Source: Octopus vulgaris (lineage: Eukaryota). From it: DNA of 64,000 bases. The notes beneath the pieces are model-generated. The model saw only the letters and a list, made by a program, of their open reading frames with translations, searched no databases and was not told where the DNA came from. The position numbers and the translations under genes are program-made. Numbering within the stretch: position 1 is the first letter of the stretch; every line of letters begins with the position of its first letter. Of this stretch, positions 24,331-38,522 are shown piece after piece. The stretch lies in the NCBI GenBank assembly GCA_951406725.2, contig OX597824.1:44702001-44766000 (forward strand), written 5' to 3'.

Positions 24331-25169
24331 AAAAGAGAGCAAAGCTACAGGAAACCAAAAGACGAATAATCACAATAAGCAGTCAGCTACCCTACCCTGG
24401 TCGTTACCAGTCCCCAGTGTAGGATTCCTCACCATACAGGTGAGCAGCACAGCCGTAAGATGCATTACAGATCTATAGCAATTGGAACTCAAATAAACAT
24501 TAACAACTGTGTAACATGAGGGCTAAGGGGAAATGAAAGTGTCACCTCTGGAGTTTGCCAATGATCACTATGCTGATAGGTAACTGAACAGAATAAATTT
24601 GCCATCTATAAATCTCTTTGAATTACCAATCACTTATCTGGAAAGGCTTTGAAATCAATGTTACCATCTGGGGACTATCTGTGAGCCAGTGATAATAAAA
24701 AGACTCAAAGGAGGTCTGCAACCAAATAACTTTACTCAAAATAACACTTAGCAACTGAATCAGTGGAGCAAAGATGATTCTCCATTACTTGACAATTTAT
24801 GCACCACATTTGCAGAAATCACAAGCTAAGCATATCTCAAAGCAAACTCTTACACTGTTGTACCACTGAATTACAAATAACATTCATCTTGTATGCTCAG
24901 GTAACTCACAGCTTCCAAGACTACAATTGTATTCGCCTTGGCTTAGGAAAAATGACTAAATTGTGGGCATTAGGTCCCATTAAGGGGTCTTACTAACTCC
25001 TAAGAAGTTGAAATTTTAGGAATATTACTTCATTTGTATCTAATATCTATGATTAAAATTTCATCAACAGCCAAAAAAACATGAATTTTCATGGGGGTTA
25101 TGGCCTCATTTATGCTCCCTCACTTTCGAACATATACTGCATTACATCTGTCTTTATGCATAATTAGAC

Positions 25170-26990
25170 AACATCCAATGATCATCAGTGACCTGAACTA
25201 TAAGACCCTCCCATTGGTGGGCCAGCAGAGGTGGTTAAGTCACTGCTTATCATTATCTTCTGGCTTCCAGCTTACCTCTTCTCTCTTCCTCCATAACCAG
25301 CAAGAAGCTCTTTCTGTTACCTCCCCCATCCTGCACACAGCTATTCTTCACTCTTTTACTCTCATTCCAGTGGTTGTAAACATCTTCCACACTGACTGGG
25401 CAGGAAATTCCCTACAACCAATCTCAACTGGGAAAAGCCATGACTGCCATCCCTTCTCCCTCAAATCCTGCTGAAGACTTTCATACTTGATATGTCTTAA
25501 TTCATAGGCTTGATCACACCTTTCTTTGCACGGGACTGTAAGCTCAATCATGATTATTTTCCTTGCCTTTCCAGACCAGAGAACTACATCTGGCATCAGT
25601 GTTGTATTGATGACCTGGGGGAAGCTGCAGTATCTCCCCTAGATCCACTTTCATATCCCATGATTGAGACCCATGTAGTAAGCTATTTGTCATTTTTTGC
25701 TGTCCTCACTGGCTTTTTTCCTTCTTTCACATACTTGACTGCTACTATTGTTTTCCCCTTTTCTTGAGCCTTTCCCATTCCAGAGAGTGAGCAAGTGTTG
25801 CAAGCACCTTGTCATGGCACTGCTTGAATGTCCTCTGAGTAGGTGCTATTTGCACCTTGATGTGTTCCAGGGTCCCTTTCTCCACAAAGTATACACAACT
25901 GGTCCCCCTTCAAACGATCATTTGTGCAGTTTGTTGGTGTTGGAGTGTGTCATACACCACCCACAGGAGATACAGAAAGGTTCCACTCTCCACAGATCTG
26001 TCCATGTGACCTTCCTCTTGGGGAGGTCCCATTTAGTTCAGGCTCCCTGAGATGCCAGCTCCACAGCTCTTGACCTTCTTTCTTCCTTCATGTTCTGTAC
26101 TTCTGTCTGTATCATGGACCTCTTCCCCTCGATATTCACCCTCTTCTATTGTTGGAAAAGTGAAGAACTCAGATCCTCCCATCCTCTGCATGTAATTCCT
26201 ATGATGTTGCATAGCTTCTGCATGCTCTCAGCCTGTGCGAATGTGGTGCTGGCCACCCACTTTCTCCCAGACTGTTGTGATATCTGCATGTCTGACATGC
26301 TCATTCTGGGAGTCCCTATACATCATTAGAACTCTACATTTTACAACTTTTAATTCCTTCACCACGAATGACAGGAAAAGTTGTAGCTGTCTAGATCTTA
26401 TGTACAGGCCTATTGAAGTGAAGCTTATGGGGATACCTTGCCATCTACAGAAGTATTTGTTTACCTTCCTCTCCATCCTTTCTACTTTTATCATTGGAAT
26501 CTCATACACTGTCAATAACTACATGAGTCTTGAGAGCAGTCCACGTTGATAGAGCTATGCCTTGTATTTTCCTGGAAGCCCTGATCTTTCAATCCTCTTC
26601 AGCCACTCCTCTGCTTGCTTCTCAATATTTGTGTCATTGCTTCTGTTAGAGAGTGAATTGTCAAACCTCTTCCCAGGGAATTTGATTGGATTTTCCTCTA
26701 TTGAAGGAATAGCCTCTCCTTGCACAGGCAACTTAATTTTGTTTGTTAATTTGCCTCTTCTGATGACTATACACCTTGATTTCATAGGCTTAAGCTTCAT
26801 TCTAGCCCATGTTGCTATGTGTTCAAGTGAAGTCAGTACCTTTTCTGCTTCCACATGGGTTGTGGTTGTCACTGCAACATCATCCATGAAACCTCTTATT
26901 GAGTGTTGTTTGTTGCCTAATTCCATTGTTGGTTCTAAATACACACTAGTTGTTTGTCTATATTTCACTTGTCTTTCTTTTTCCAAATCA
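25170..26990 (-). mobile_element. 5'-truncated HERO/R2-superfamily non-LTR retrotransposon (RT end + RLE), decayed
   Basis: GFMDDVAV (RT), SGLPGKYK, and PDVVLWS..IELTVP..KYESL..FPVEIGCR (PD-(D/E)xK restriction-like endonuclease of HERO type). Confidence 0.85.
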
Positions 26991-27214
26991 GTTATGTTTC
27001 TTTATGTTCCACAAAATACTTTTCACTACACTAATCTGTAGCCTTCTCAATGAGTATACGATTTTTCCTTTTAAATACCTGGTTTTTAGTTTCCAACTGA
27101 TTTTTCTGCTGTTACATTCCCATAATAGTAAGCATGTGAGCTAATAATGTTTCTGTTGATTTACTTTGCTGATTTAAAAAAATTTTTATTTGCTAGCAGC
27201 AGATCGTGTGTGTG

Positions 27215-27246
<32 letters not shown>

Positions 27247-27270
27247 TGCGTGCGTGTGTGTGTGTGTGTG

Positions 27271-27308
<38 letters not shown>

Positions 27309-28083
27309 GGACTTTAGTTGTCTTTGGACTTATTTTATCCTCTTTCTAACATTATTGTGATAATGGGTTATCATTTACGGGTGGCGCATTTGTTCTTCAT
27401 ATTAACCCAGCATTTCATTCATCTTTACATTCTGAGTTAAAATTCTGTTAAGATCAACTGCCTTTCATTCTTGTAGGGTTAATGAAATAAGTACCAATTG
27501 AGCATGAGAGTCAATGTAACTGACAAGCCCCAAACCTCAAAATTTCAGGCTTTGAGCCTATGTTAGAAAGGATATTAACTGAGTAAATGGAATTTGTACT
27601 CAGTATTTGTGCAGCTCTTTTAATTTATTTTTAGAATTCATGTTGAAACATCTTTAATGATTTCCATGAATCATTTTATTGACACCTTTCCAATTTGTGA
27701 ATTTATTATTACTGTAATAAAAAACAGCATACTATTATTCAGTTATGATGGAGATATTTACTCATACTGTGTTGTAATAGTATGTTATTTATTAGTAATA
27801 AAATGTGTCATATTTTCTACATTGAAAACATTAATATTGGTTTCAAATTTTGGCACAAGGCCAGAGATTTCAGGGAGGTGGATATGTTGATCACATCAAC
27901 CCCAGTGTTCAACTGATCCTTATTTTATCAACCCCAAAAGGATAGAAGGCAAAGTCAACCTCAGCTGATGATTCTGCCAATTCACTATCCTAATTAAAAA
28001 CATTAACATTAATGTTTGCTCTTTTAAGTTTCAGATGTTTCATTCTAAGTTATGTTTAACCCATCTTTTAATTCACTCAACAG

Positions 28084-28332
28084 GAGACATTCAAGCTTCA
28101 AACCAATGAGGATTTACTATGAGGATGATCATCATATAGCAAAATATAGTTGTAATCTTGACAAAAAATTTGTGTTAAAACCTCCTCACAGATCAGTCCT
28201 GCAGAAATCGTCAAAACCACTAAATCTTTACAATGTACCAATACCAAATATTCCTATTATGGAATTTTATAATGAAGATGACAGGAAAACATTGCTGAAG
28301 TCTGTAACAGACGATGGAACATCTGTGATATA
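28084..28332 (+). CDS. C3orf20-like gene, exon 4 (ends DDGTSVI-Y)
   Basis: caacag|...TA|gtatcc. 249 nt, phase 2 to 2. Supplies the start of the FAM194 motif DGTSVIYY. Confidence 0.85.
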
Positions 28333-28806
28333 GTATCCTTTATGTAGCAATATCTATTTAGAAGAAATTCTAAGTGTGTTATTTTGTCAGTAGTCCTTTA
28401 GTTTTCAAAATTTGTATTTAAAAATGATTGAATTTAAATTTTGCTTTTATTTAGTGATGGCTAAATTAGGCTTGAATGGTAAATCTATATTTATTTCATT
28501 TCTTTAACAGGGTCTTTGAGCAAATATGTAGTAAACATACAAATGGTAGCTCTATAAGTGTCAACTCCTGTCTTGAATTACATATTTATCATCTTATAAT
28601 AATTCTGCTTGTCATTGCCAGTAACACTTTCATGTGATTAGAGAAAAAAAGGGAAAAAGAAAGGAGGGATAAAGAAAAAAAGGGAGGGAGAAAAAGTGGG
28701 GGAGAGAAGCATTCATTATGGGAAGTAGAGGGAATGTAATTGTAATGTTTTCATGTGATTAGTTGAAGGGAAAGAGGAGAGTGAGAAAGGGGATAAGGTG
28801 AAGAGT

Positions 28807-28855
<49 letters not shown>

Positions 28856-29199
28856 AGACTGATAGAGAAAAAGAGGGAGAGAGAAGCATCCATGACATGA
28901 GGTAGGGGAAATGTAATATTTGTTATGTGGTTAAAAAAGTTATTTGAAGGTAGTGATATAGAGAGAGTTAGAGATATAATTTTAGCAGAGGGGTGATATT
29001 CTGATGGTGAGGTCAAAGAATGGCAAAGAGAGAGAGGGAGGTGGTGGTGGTTGGATACTGAAAAGTATATTTTAAAAAAATTCAACCAAGTTTTTTATAT
29101 CACCTGTCACATAACGCATGCACATAAGTGCAGTTCCATGAAATATTCATGCTTATTTACATAGCAGATATATGCAATTTAACTAAAAGTTGTATCATA

Positions 29200-29577
29200 C
29201 ACTTGCGTCAGAAATTAATTAGCACTTCTCAAATTTCTACATTAAATAGGTTAAATTAATTAACCTATGAGCTGTTCAAAACGTCTTACGCGATGAGAAA
29301 ACTTAGTATGGTGATTTTGGTCCTTGCGAGGCGCTACCTATATCTATTAAACAAAGGAAGATTTGTCTGCATCCGCACTCCAAGTTGTTGTTGCACTGCT
29401 ATGTCAACATCATAAGGCTGTAGACTCTCAAACTGCTCTGCAAACAAAGTTACGTCATCGTTCTGCGCAACAGTGAACTCGCAACAAAGCAATAGTTCGA
29501 GATATGGCCACTAGGTGACAGCACATACCTTGAGTGAAGAGCAAATCAAGGGTGCTAATTAATTTCTGACGGTAGTG
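29200..29577. mobile_element. Tc1/mariner-type MITE
   Basis: TIRs CACTTGCGTCAGAAATTAATTAGCAC and GTGCTAATTAATTTCTGACGGTAGTG, with TA on both sides. Confidence 0.85.
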
Positions 29578-30768
29578 TATGTACAGGATTTTTTTTTTGT
29601 TTATGAGAAAAATGGAAAAATAAAAGTGAATATTTATTTTATGAGTGCTATGTATTAAGTCTATAAAGTTGCCCATAAAGTATACAAAGTGTATATATAA
29701 AGCGCATTAAGTAATCATCGTATTTCAATTTCTTTCACTTTTCAATGAGTAGCAGATGAGTGACTATCCTTCCATACAGACACAACACAGGCTATGCTTT
29801 CATATTTTTTGGATAAAGTTTTCAGAAATAACCCAATAGGTTTACCATTAATTCCATTAAATATTCACAGGCTCCACTAGTTATACTATAAACTTGTTGA
29901 CAATTTTCACTTCTTACTTATATTGGCTTCAAATTTTGACACAAGGCCAGCATGATGGGAAAGTGGATGTTAAAACAGTGGTGTGTGTATGTGATATGCA
30001 AAACAGACTACTTCACAGTATACACAGATGAAAGGATGGCAAGACGGACAGACACATGCATGGGTACATGTATGTCAATCCTAAACATCATTATTAGAAC
30101 CATCTGAACATTGTTTACTTTTTTAATTGAACAAATGTTCTGTAGTTTAGCAGATGCATGACAACAAGTGGAATGAAAATGTATCTTACATGAAAATTGG
30201 GTAATGATTGTGAAGGCTAAGCAGGCCAAAACTTTAAAGTCATTGTCATCACTTTTCTTGCTGATGAATAATAAATATGTACTCTACAAAAAATATTGAG
30301 TAATCCTTCTGTTTAATATAAAGTTTTTTATTATAACCGTGCATGGAAATAAACACACACACACATACACACACATGTCAGCCAAAGCCTACCAATGTCA
30401 AAAGCTAGCAAAATTACTTAAACCAGAAGAGGTCATTAAATTCAACCAAGTCATTCAACATCTGAGCAATATTCTTAAATATTGCCCAATAACTTAAATT
30501 CACCAAATACTAATACTAACCAAATGTAACCAATCACTAAAACCAGCAAGAGATTAGAGTCAAATATTAAACAGAATAATTTAATAAGACAAACAAACTG
30601 CTGGCATGACCTTTAAAGAAAACCTGCTGTTTCAAGAGGCCGATGTCTAAATTATATTTTAGAACCACTTAAAGTTGCATTAGAATTATGTTTGAATACA
30701 AGTAGCAACTGTATTATGGTTATGCAAAGAACTCATTTTTCAGATTACACCTTGACCCTAACTCTTAG

Positions 30769-30927
30769 TTACAGATCAGGCAATATTGCTGTTATTCGCT
30801 TCAGAGGGCAAGATGAAGCTCAAGGCTTTTGTACTTTGGCTTTTGATGATGCACCTAATAATAAAATTTTGCTGAATTTTCTTCCTAATGGTTGTGGTTG
30901 GTGTCTTTACAAGAATGGAAACCTCAG
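30769..30927 (+). CDS. C3orf20-like gene, exon 5 (FAM194 core YRSGNIAV..AFDD..ILLNF..NGCG)
   Basis: tcttag|...AG|gtatgc. 159 nt, phase 2 to 2. The spliced sequence DGTSVIYYRSGNIAV matches the FAM194 signature DG(S/T)xxxYYPSGN(V/L)AV. Confidence 0.9.
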
Positions 30928-31999
30928 GTATGCAGTAGTCTGTTATTTTTTATATTTAATATCATTATTTAACATTCATGTTCCATACTGGCAAGGGTCG
31001 GATGGTTTGACAAAAACCAATCTATCCAAGGACTGCATTGAGCTCCTGTGTCTGCTGTGACATGGTTTTTGTGTCTGGATAACCTTCCTAATGTTAACTA
31101 CTTTACTGTGACTAAGTGCATTTCTTTTGTGCCATTTGCACTATTGATGGCACTATGCAGTTCACAGGACTACAAGCTTTGGTGTAGGTGTGTGTGTGAG
31201 GGGGGTGACAGCTTCATGCTTGGAGACAAGATTATTATGAAGTGGGGTGGGTGGATAGAGCAGATTCTTGCAGAGGGAAATGCATGGGTTCTCACATCTA
31301 GTATGAAGAAAACAGTGGGTGGGCAGAAGAGAAAGTGATCAGTAAGAGCTGCAAGACAGATAATGGTGATAAGGTACCCATGTTGTCCCCCATTTCTCCA
31401 CAAAGCTGAGTAGAAGTGAGAGTGTGGTTTGTAAAATTGCTTGAAAAGGTGAATGGGGGGGGGGAACAAACTGCCAAAATGGGTAGGGTTAAAGGGGCGA
31501 TGAGACTAGAGATATAAGCTGGGGATGGTAGAGAGATGCAGAAAAGTGAGAGATAGTGTGTAGCAGGAGTAGTAAAGATGGTACAGTTGCTGGAAAGAGA
31601 GGGCAGACAAGAGAGAGGGAGAGGGAAGAGCTGGATGTAGGTGCATGAAGGGAAGGAGTCATTGTAATGGGTGGAAGACCCCAAATATTGCATTTCTAGA
31701 ACTCAGTTTTGCTAAGGAGGGTGGGTCTTATTCATTTACTTACAATCTACTTTGAATGCATATATTTCAGTGTGTGCCTTTCAAAATATTTTCAATTTCA
31801 ATTTATGTGGGCTCTGTGCTAAAGTTCAGCCCCCAGGTTAGTTATGGCTGTAGTTAACCCTTTCAAGACCATATTTCTAATGAGATGGCAGTGGCAGTCA
31901 AACATCTGATCAAACCACATTTGCTCATCAGCCAGCCAACATTTTTATGTCTGTAAGAAAATTCCTTATAAATAATAATAGTTGTTATTGTTATTTTAG

Positions 32000-32105
32000 G
32001 ATGTTTGTGAGCCAAGGTCAAGGTTATTTCTTCAATGAAAACTATACAGAAGTTAAACACCTCACTTGGAGCAGAGACAAAATAGTTCCAAAAACTAACT
32101 ACAAG
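32000..32105 (+). CDS. C3orf20-like gene, exon 6 (RMFVSQGQGYFFNENYTEVKHLTWSRDKIVPKTNYK)
   Basis: ttttag|...AAG|gtaaga. 106 nt, phase 2 to 0. Contains the FAM194 G..D..G...W region. Confidence 0.85.
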
Positions 32106-32530
32106 GTAAGACTAATAAAGAAATGTACAATAAAACAAGTTTTTTTTTTAGGCATATAGGTATTACTGTAAATTACAAGAAATATGTTAAACTGATACAA
32201 CTCCTGTATGTTATTAATAGCTGTAGTCTTAAAATCTTTGAAATGATAAAAAGCATTAATCAGCTTATGTGAATATATATAAATGAAGTTAGAAATATCA
32301 TATCTTTATGCTATTTATGTATCTATACATAGAACAGATGTATAAACATCAAAAAATATATCCCCAGTTATTAAGAGCACAACTGATGCCACATAATTTA
32401 AATCCAGTGCATTATTACATTAAAACAGCTGTAGAGAACAATTAGATTATTAAAAACATGTGAAGTTTATGCTTTTTTTTTGTTTTTTATTTAGAATATA
32501 CTATGTATGTATATGCATGTTTCCTTTCAG

Positions 32531-32707
32531 GTAACAACACAGATTTATTTACACTGTTCCAGCCAAGCAAAGTTTAGTCTTCATTTGAAAATAGATACAA
32601 AACATTTCAAATTCAACCTCACTCCTTCATTAGTATCACAAAGCACAACTCTACGAAAACCAATGTCCAGGAACAAATCTGTCCTTTCTCCAAGTCAACA
32701 GACAATG
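32531..32707 (+). CDS. C3orf20-like gene, exon 7 (VTTQIYLHCSSQAKF...SQQTM)
   Basis: tttcag|...ATG|gtaatc. 177 nt, phase 0 to 0. The donor position is less certain than the acceptor. Confidence 0.72.
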
Positions 32708-33042
32708 GTAATCACTTCTATTCTAATGAAATACTTTACTAAAATGACCAGAATATTGTATGGTAGTAGCTCTGGGTTCACAAAGATTTCCACTTCTTTT
32801 TTAATTGTAAAGGTTTCACTAACCATGCCAATACTTCTGTGGAGATACATATACAATTGTTACAGTTTTTCACATGTATAAGCACAAGTGTGACTGTGTG
32901 GTTATGAAGCTTGCTTCCCAACCATGTGGTCTTGGGTTCAGTTCCACTGAGTGTTAACTTAAGTAAGTGTCTTCTGCTGTAGCCCCAGGCCAACCAAAGC
33001 TTTATGAATGTTTTTGGCTGATGGAAACTGAAAGAAGCCCCT

Positions 33043-33081
<39 letters not shown>

Positions 33082-33085
33082 ATGC

Positions 33086-33146
<61 letters not shown>

Positions 33147-33539
33147 CGTGTGTGTGTGTTCACCACTGCTGCTTCACGGTGTTGGTTTATGTATGTTCTT
33201 ACAACTTAATGGTTTGGCAAAAGAGATCAGTAGAAAAATAAGTACTCAGGTCAATTTGTTCAATCAAATCCTTCAAGTAGTGCTCCAGCATGGCTGCAGT
33301 ACAATGACTGAAACAAGTAAAAGATAAAAGATATACCTTCAAGACTTAATTCATATCTGATGACATGCTAATTTATTTTCTAATAATGATCTCAGTAACT
33401 TATCAACCAAACTTAATTATCATTTTTTTTGGCTTACGTATAATTGGAAAATTAATCAGATATCTTTGTAGACATTTTTGTCAATAATTAATGTTCAGTT
33501 CAACTGTCAACAATTAATGTTTAATTCATATATAATTAA

Positions 33540-33759
33540 CCTTTTCGATACCAACCCGACTGAAACCACCTCCAGCTCTGTAGCACAAATGTCTTGTTTT
33601 CATAAGTTTTGAATTAAAATCTTCCACCAAACCTTAGTCACAATTTGTTCCTAATACCAGCTTAATGATAACTAAGTTATTTTACTAAATTTTTTGTTAT
33701 ACTGAAAATTAATTGAAAGAAACATAGAGCATCTCAGAATAGATATGGTAACAAAAGGG
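33540..33759. mobile_element. piggyBac-like MITE
   Basis: TTAA-CCTTTTCGATACC ... GGTAACAAAAGGG-CTAA (imperfect TTAA target, CCCTT/AAGGG ends). Confidence 0.6.
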
Positions 33760-33784
33760 CTAAGTTATTGAATCTCCCACACAA

Positions 33785-35050
33785 CAGTCTGCTGAAAAGT
33801 TCATAGGCTGACTAAGAAGCTCTCACAGAATGAGACTTTATTTTTTGACATAGTCTCCTTTGTGGTCCACACACTTCTTCCACCTGTGTTTCAGTACTTG
33901 AATCTCATTGGTGAAGAAGCTTTCATTTTGTTAGTCAAAAAGTCATCAACAGCAGATATGATGTCATCATCACTGCAATACACATTCTCAGCAAAGTGTA
34001 TTTTAATGTTAAGGAACAGATGAGAGTCAGATAGAGGAAAACCAGGAGAATAGGGAGGCTGATCAACCAGTTCAAAGCCAGTTATGCACAGCAGCCATTG
34101 TAAACAAGGACCTGTGTGCTGGAGCATTGTCCTGATGAAATAAAACCCCTTTCATCAGTTTTCCAAGGTGTTTGGCCTTGATATCTTTTCATAACTGCTT
34201 CAACAAGTTGGTATAGTACTCTCTATTGATGGTATGGTCCTTTTGAAGATAATCAATAAACACAATGTATTTTGCATCTCAAAAAACTGAGGCCGTCACT
34301 TTCCCTGCAAATGAAATGACCTTGACTTTGTTTGGAGCAGATGAGGAGGGGTGTTTCCATTGCATGGATTGTCTCTTTGCCTCTGGTTCAAAGTGATGAA
34401 CCCAGCACTTATCCTAGATTAGAAAACGTTCAAGGAAACCAACTGGATCTGCATCAAACAATGTCAAATTTTCCCTGCAATGTGATCAACCTGGTGTGCT
34501 TTTGATCAGCTATCAGAAGACATGGCATCCACTGAGCAGAAACCTTCATCATGCCAAGTTCACTGTGCAGAATATTCTTAACTCTATCTTGAGATATGCT
34601 AAAAGCATTGGCCTTTGGATTTATCTTCAATTGCATGTCATCCATCACTGTATGATGAAAAAAATCACTGTTTTCCTCGGTGGTAGTAGTTGCAGGATGC
34701 CCAGATCTTGGCCCATCTTCAAGATTCTCCCTCCCCCTCCTAAATTGAGCTGCCCTCTTTTGCACTAATGATAAAGCTTGAGCATCATCTCCTAATATAG
34801 CAACCATGTCAGCATGGATATCGTTGGGGGCTAAAGCTTTTTTTCCATAGATACTTGATAACACCATGATGCCAAATTCTGTTCATTTTCAAGAGAAGTT
34901 GCTACTATTTATTATTGAAATCTTCTTTGACCAATCAGATATCAGTTTAGCTGGAAAGAAATAATGCAGTTATTAATAAGAAATGTTGAAATTAATGCAT
35001 ACAAGATTTCACAATTCAGCAGCCTATGAACTTTTCAGCTCACCCTTGTA
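33785..35050 (-). mobile_element. Decayed full-length mariner transposon (about 1.27 kb)
   Basis: TIR core GCTGAAAAGTTCATAGGCTG at both ends. IHADMV, LEDGPRSGHP, SAQWMPCLL (WVPxxL) and QPPYSPG motifs, with frameshifts. Confidence 0.9.
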
Positions 35051-35554
35051 TTAGTTTCAAAATAAATTAACTGCTTTTCTGTTACTACTGCTACTATTAT
35101 TGCTGATAAATTTGCTGCTGCTACTGTTCCCATGCCACTGCCACTGCTACTGCTACAGTTGTCGGTGGGGGTGAGGGTGGAATGGGTGCAGATTAAAGCA
35201 ACTTCATTGGATCATGAAATCATACAAAATATTGAATAACACTGACTATAAGACATTGCAATACAGTCCTGTGTGACATTTTATACAACTCCAACATATT
35301 GTTGCTTGATTTAATTTCCAGTATTGCAATATATCCATATTGCTATAATGACTGCTTCAGTTGTTTCTTCACTTAGCAAGAAGTTCTTCAAAAGCAATGT
35401 TGTTTTTTTCTTTTACTTCTCTGTAATTTATTGCAGTTTCTTTTGGAGAGATTGAGAGCCCAGCCAGGACTGATATAATCCATGTTGGATCCATTATTCA
35501 TTCACTAACATTATTCCTATATCAATTTTTCTCCAAAGTAATATTTAACTGATG

Positions 35555-35745
35555 TAAGGCAACAAGCTGGCAGAATCATTAGCACACTGGGCAAAATGCT
35601 TAGCAGCATTTTACATTCTGAGTTCAAATTCTACCAAGGTTGACTTTGCTTTTCGTCCTTTTGAAGTCAATAAAATAAGTACCAGTTAAGCACTGAGTTA
35701 GAGTTAATTGACTTAGACCCCCCCCTTGTGCCAAAATTTGGAATA
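35555..35745 (+). mobile_element. SINE family C (CORE-like body); other copies near 27370-27570, 36375-36572(-), 38050-38260, 57810-58025, 58680-58860, 59580-59780
   Basis: Recurrent GCTGGCAGAATC..TTAGCA..CTGAGTTCAAATTC..GACTTTGCCTTTCATCCTTT..AAATAAGTACCAG. Confidence 0.75.
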
Positions 35746-36688
35746 TGATATTTAACTGGTGTAAGGTGGCAAGCTGGCAAAATTGTTAGCATGATGGAGA
35801 AAACACTTAATGGCTTTTTATCTGAGATGTTGTGATATTCATGCATTTCTTGGAGTCAATAAAAGCATGTGAGAACTGAAACTACTTCATCTGAGAAGCA
35901 TAACAAGGCCAGGAATTTGATTTGCTTAGAACAAGTTAGCCTTGATCAAGCAAGCTTATGATCTAAGCCATTCCAACCATGACCAACTTTTTTTTACTTA
36001 GCCACAATGAACCAAAAATCACATTATCTAACATGCCCTTCTTTCCAAACATAGAAGTTTTAATTTGATGGAGATTTGGCTGGTATTTCTAGCAGAGCAA
36101 ACAACTATGTAAATGTTCTGTTGTTGGCCCGATGCACTTGGAATTAATTTAACATTCATCATCTACTAACAATTGAAAATATTTTCTCTTCTGACTAGAG
36201 AAATATAGGATGGGAAATTAAATATTTTGATATACATTTTCTTTTTCACAGACATATGTGAAGTGAAACAGTTTCTGCCAGGAAATGAAGTCAAGTAGTT
36301 TATTCAGCTTTTCAGGTGTTTAACTTTGTCCCATGGTACTTAACCAACTTAACCAGTAGAAGCTGAATATATATTGGTTTCAAATTTTGACACGTGATCA
36401 GCAGTTTCAGGGAAAGGGCTAAATCAATTACACTCCACTGCTTGACTTATTGACTCCATAAAGAGGAAAGACAAAGTCAACCTCAGCAACATTTGAACTC
36501 AAAACTTAGACAGACAAAATGCTGCTAAGCATTTTGCCCGATGTGCTAACAGTTTTGCCAGCTTGCCACCTTAGAAGCTGAATATGTATTAAATATAAAT
36601 TCTACTTGCTATATGTTTCTGTTGTAAAATGACATCTTTATATATCAACCATACATTTTTAGAAAAAAATTTAACTTTTACTTTCTAG

Positions 36689-36793
36689 AAAGGGTTATTT
36701 TTGATGACATCTGGGCCCTTTGCATCATCTTATGCAAAAGATCTCCTTAAAGGCCATGATATTCAAGAGAAGCAAATTGACAGCATCCATAAG
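36689..36793 (+). CDS. C3orf20-like gene, exon 8 (KGLFLMTSGPFASSYAKDLLKGHDIQEKQIDSIHK)
   Basis: ttctag|...AAG|gtaggt. 105 nt, phase 0 to 0, open frame. Confidence 0.72.
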
Positions 36794-37196
36794 GTAGGTC
36801 TGATTATTGCACCAGTACTTGTATTTGTTCAAATTTTAAAACTTTCCAATCATAAACAAAATAACAATGAGTAAATGCGCTGTATAGCCACAGAACAGTG
36901 ACTGAATGAAACAAAGAATATACAAATACAACAATAAATGAATAAAGTATCCGGTTTGAATGAAATAGATTCAAACAGTGGTTTTTTTGTATGTGAAATA
37001 AGCATTGGGCATGATACTTTACAATATCCTTATTAGATATTTCATTTATTTTGAATTCAGTGGTCTCCTGTTTACATGATAGGGTCAAAAAAATAAGTAT
37101 CCATAATTTTATGGGCTGGTTTGCTTCTAGTACTGCATTAATCCTTTACCATTCATTTAATCTCAAATTGTTCTTAATTTCTCTTACATTTTACAG

Positions 37197-37285
37197 AAAT
37201 ATAGAAAGTCTTTGGATATGTCACCAGAAGCATGTTTTGAAATGATAGATGAATCTGAATTACAACACTTACAAAAGAAAGCTAG
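37197..37285 (+). CDS. C3orf20-like gene, exon 9 (KYRKSLDMSPEACFEMIDESELQHLQKKA)
   Basis: ttacag|...AG|gtatga. 89 nt, phase 0 to 2. Confidence 0.78.
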
Positions 37286-38522
37286 GTATGATATTTGAAG
37301 TGAAGTCATTTTTGTAACTCATTTAGTCATGAGTGCAAGAACAAAAATAGCTATTTTCTCTTCTAAATAGTTTAAGAATTACATCTTACATTTGTCTACT
37401 TCAGAATACAAATATTAGGCAAGATCCTAAAAGTTCCTACTGCTGCTGGTTTTGGTGGTGGTGGTGGTCTGCTGGGTTCAACTAATTACAGATAAAATTG
37501 GCAGGTAAAAATTCACATTGTAGTGCAAGAGAGGAGGAAGAGAGGAGTAAAAGCAGGGAGGAGGATGCAGGCAGCTTATGGAGGAAGAGTAGAGAAGTAG
37601 AGGATGAGCAAGAAGGGATAAGAAATGCAAGATGGAGAGAGGGAGGGGAAAGTGTGTAATCAGGGGATTGAATAGAAGTGGAAGTGGTGAGTTAGAGATA
37701 TTTGTTTCTTTTTTTTTTTGTATCTTTTTACTTGTTTCAGTCATTGGATTGGGGCCATGAAGAAGACTGCTTTAAAAAGAAACATCTTCTAAAGCTTGTA
37801 TAAAACTATGAGCCCCATTTAATTTCATATAGAGTTCCTTCATCCTTAAGGTGCCACACATGGTTGACCAGGAACATGACATAATATCTTTCCGGAATCC
37901 TAAAAGATGGTTGTACAGGCATTTATCACAATAAATATATTAGAATATGCTTGTTTATATTTATTTGTTTCTGTTTTTGTTTGATAGAATGCAACTAAAT
38001 ATCCAGAGTTATAGAAAGCAAGATTTTTGCATTCATATTATGTAAAACCTGTAGGCAGCAAACTGGCAGAAACATTAACACACTGGGTGAAATGCTTAGC
38101 AGCATTTCATCTGTCCTTTTGTTCAAATTCTGTCAGTGTCAACTTTGCCTTTTATCCTTTCGGGTCGATAAAATAAGTACCAGTTGAACGCTGAGGTCAA
38201 TTTAATCAACTTAACCCCTTTCCCAAGCCTGTTGGCCTTGTATCAAAATTTGAAACCAATATTATGTAAAATATAACTTTTGAAATTTAGTCAAGTGGGT
38301 GATTTTCAAATGAAAAATTTCCAACCCCACTATTCTGTTGTAGAATTTCTGAGTTTTATAACTAGTATAAATAATTAAAAATGTTATAAGTACAAGTATA
38401 AACTCAATGAAATTTTGCATTTGGCTCTTAAATGGAAGGCAGGTTGAGACACTGAATTACAGTAGGCAGAATATTTATTTACATGTTGCTACAATTCTAA
38501 AGTAATTTTCTTTCTATCTCAG

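Noticed and set aside
36252-36298. Possible extra exon after tttttcacag
   Set aside because: It hits TGA in the required phase 0, and exons 7 and 8 already join in frame.
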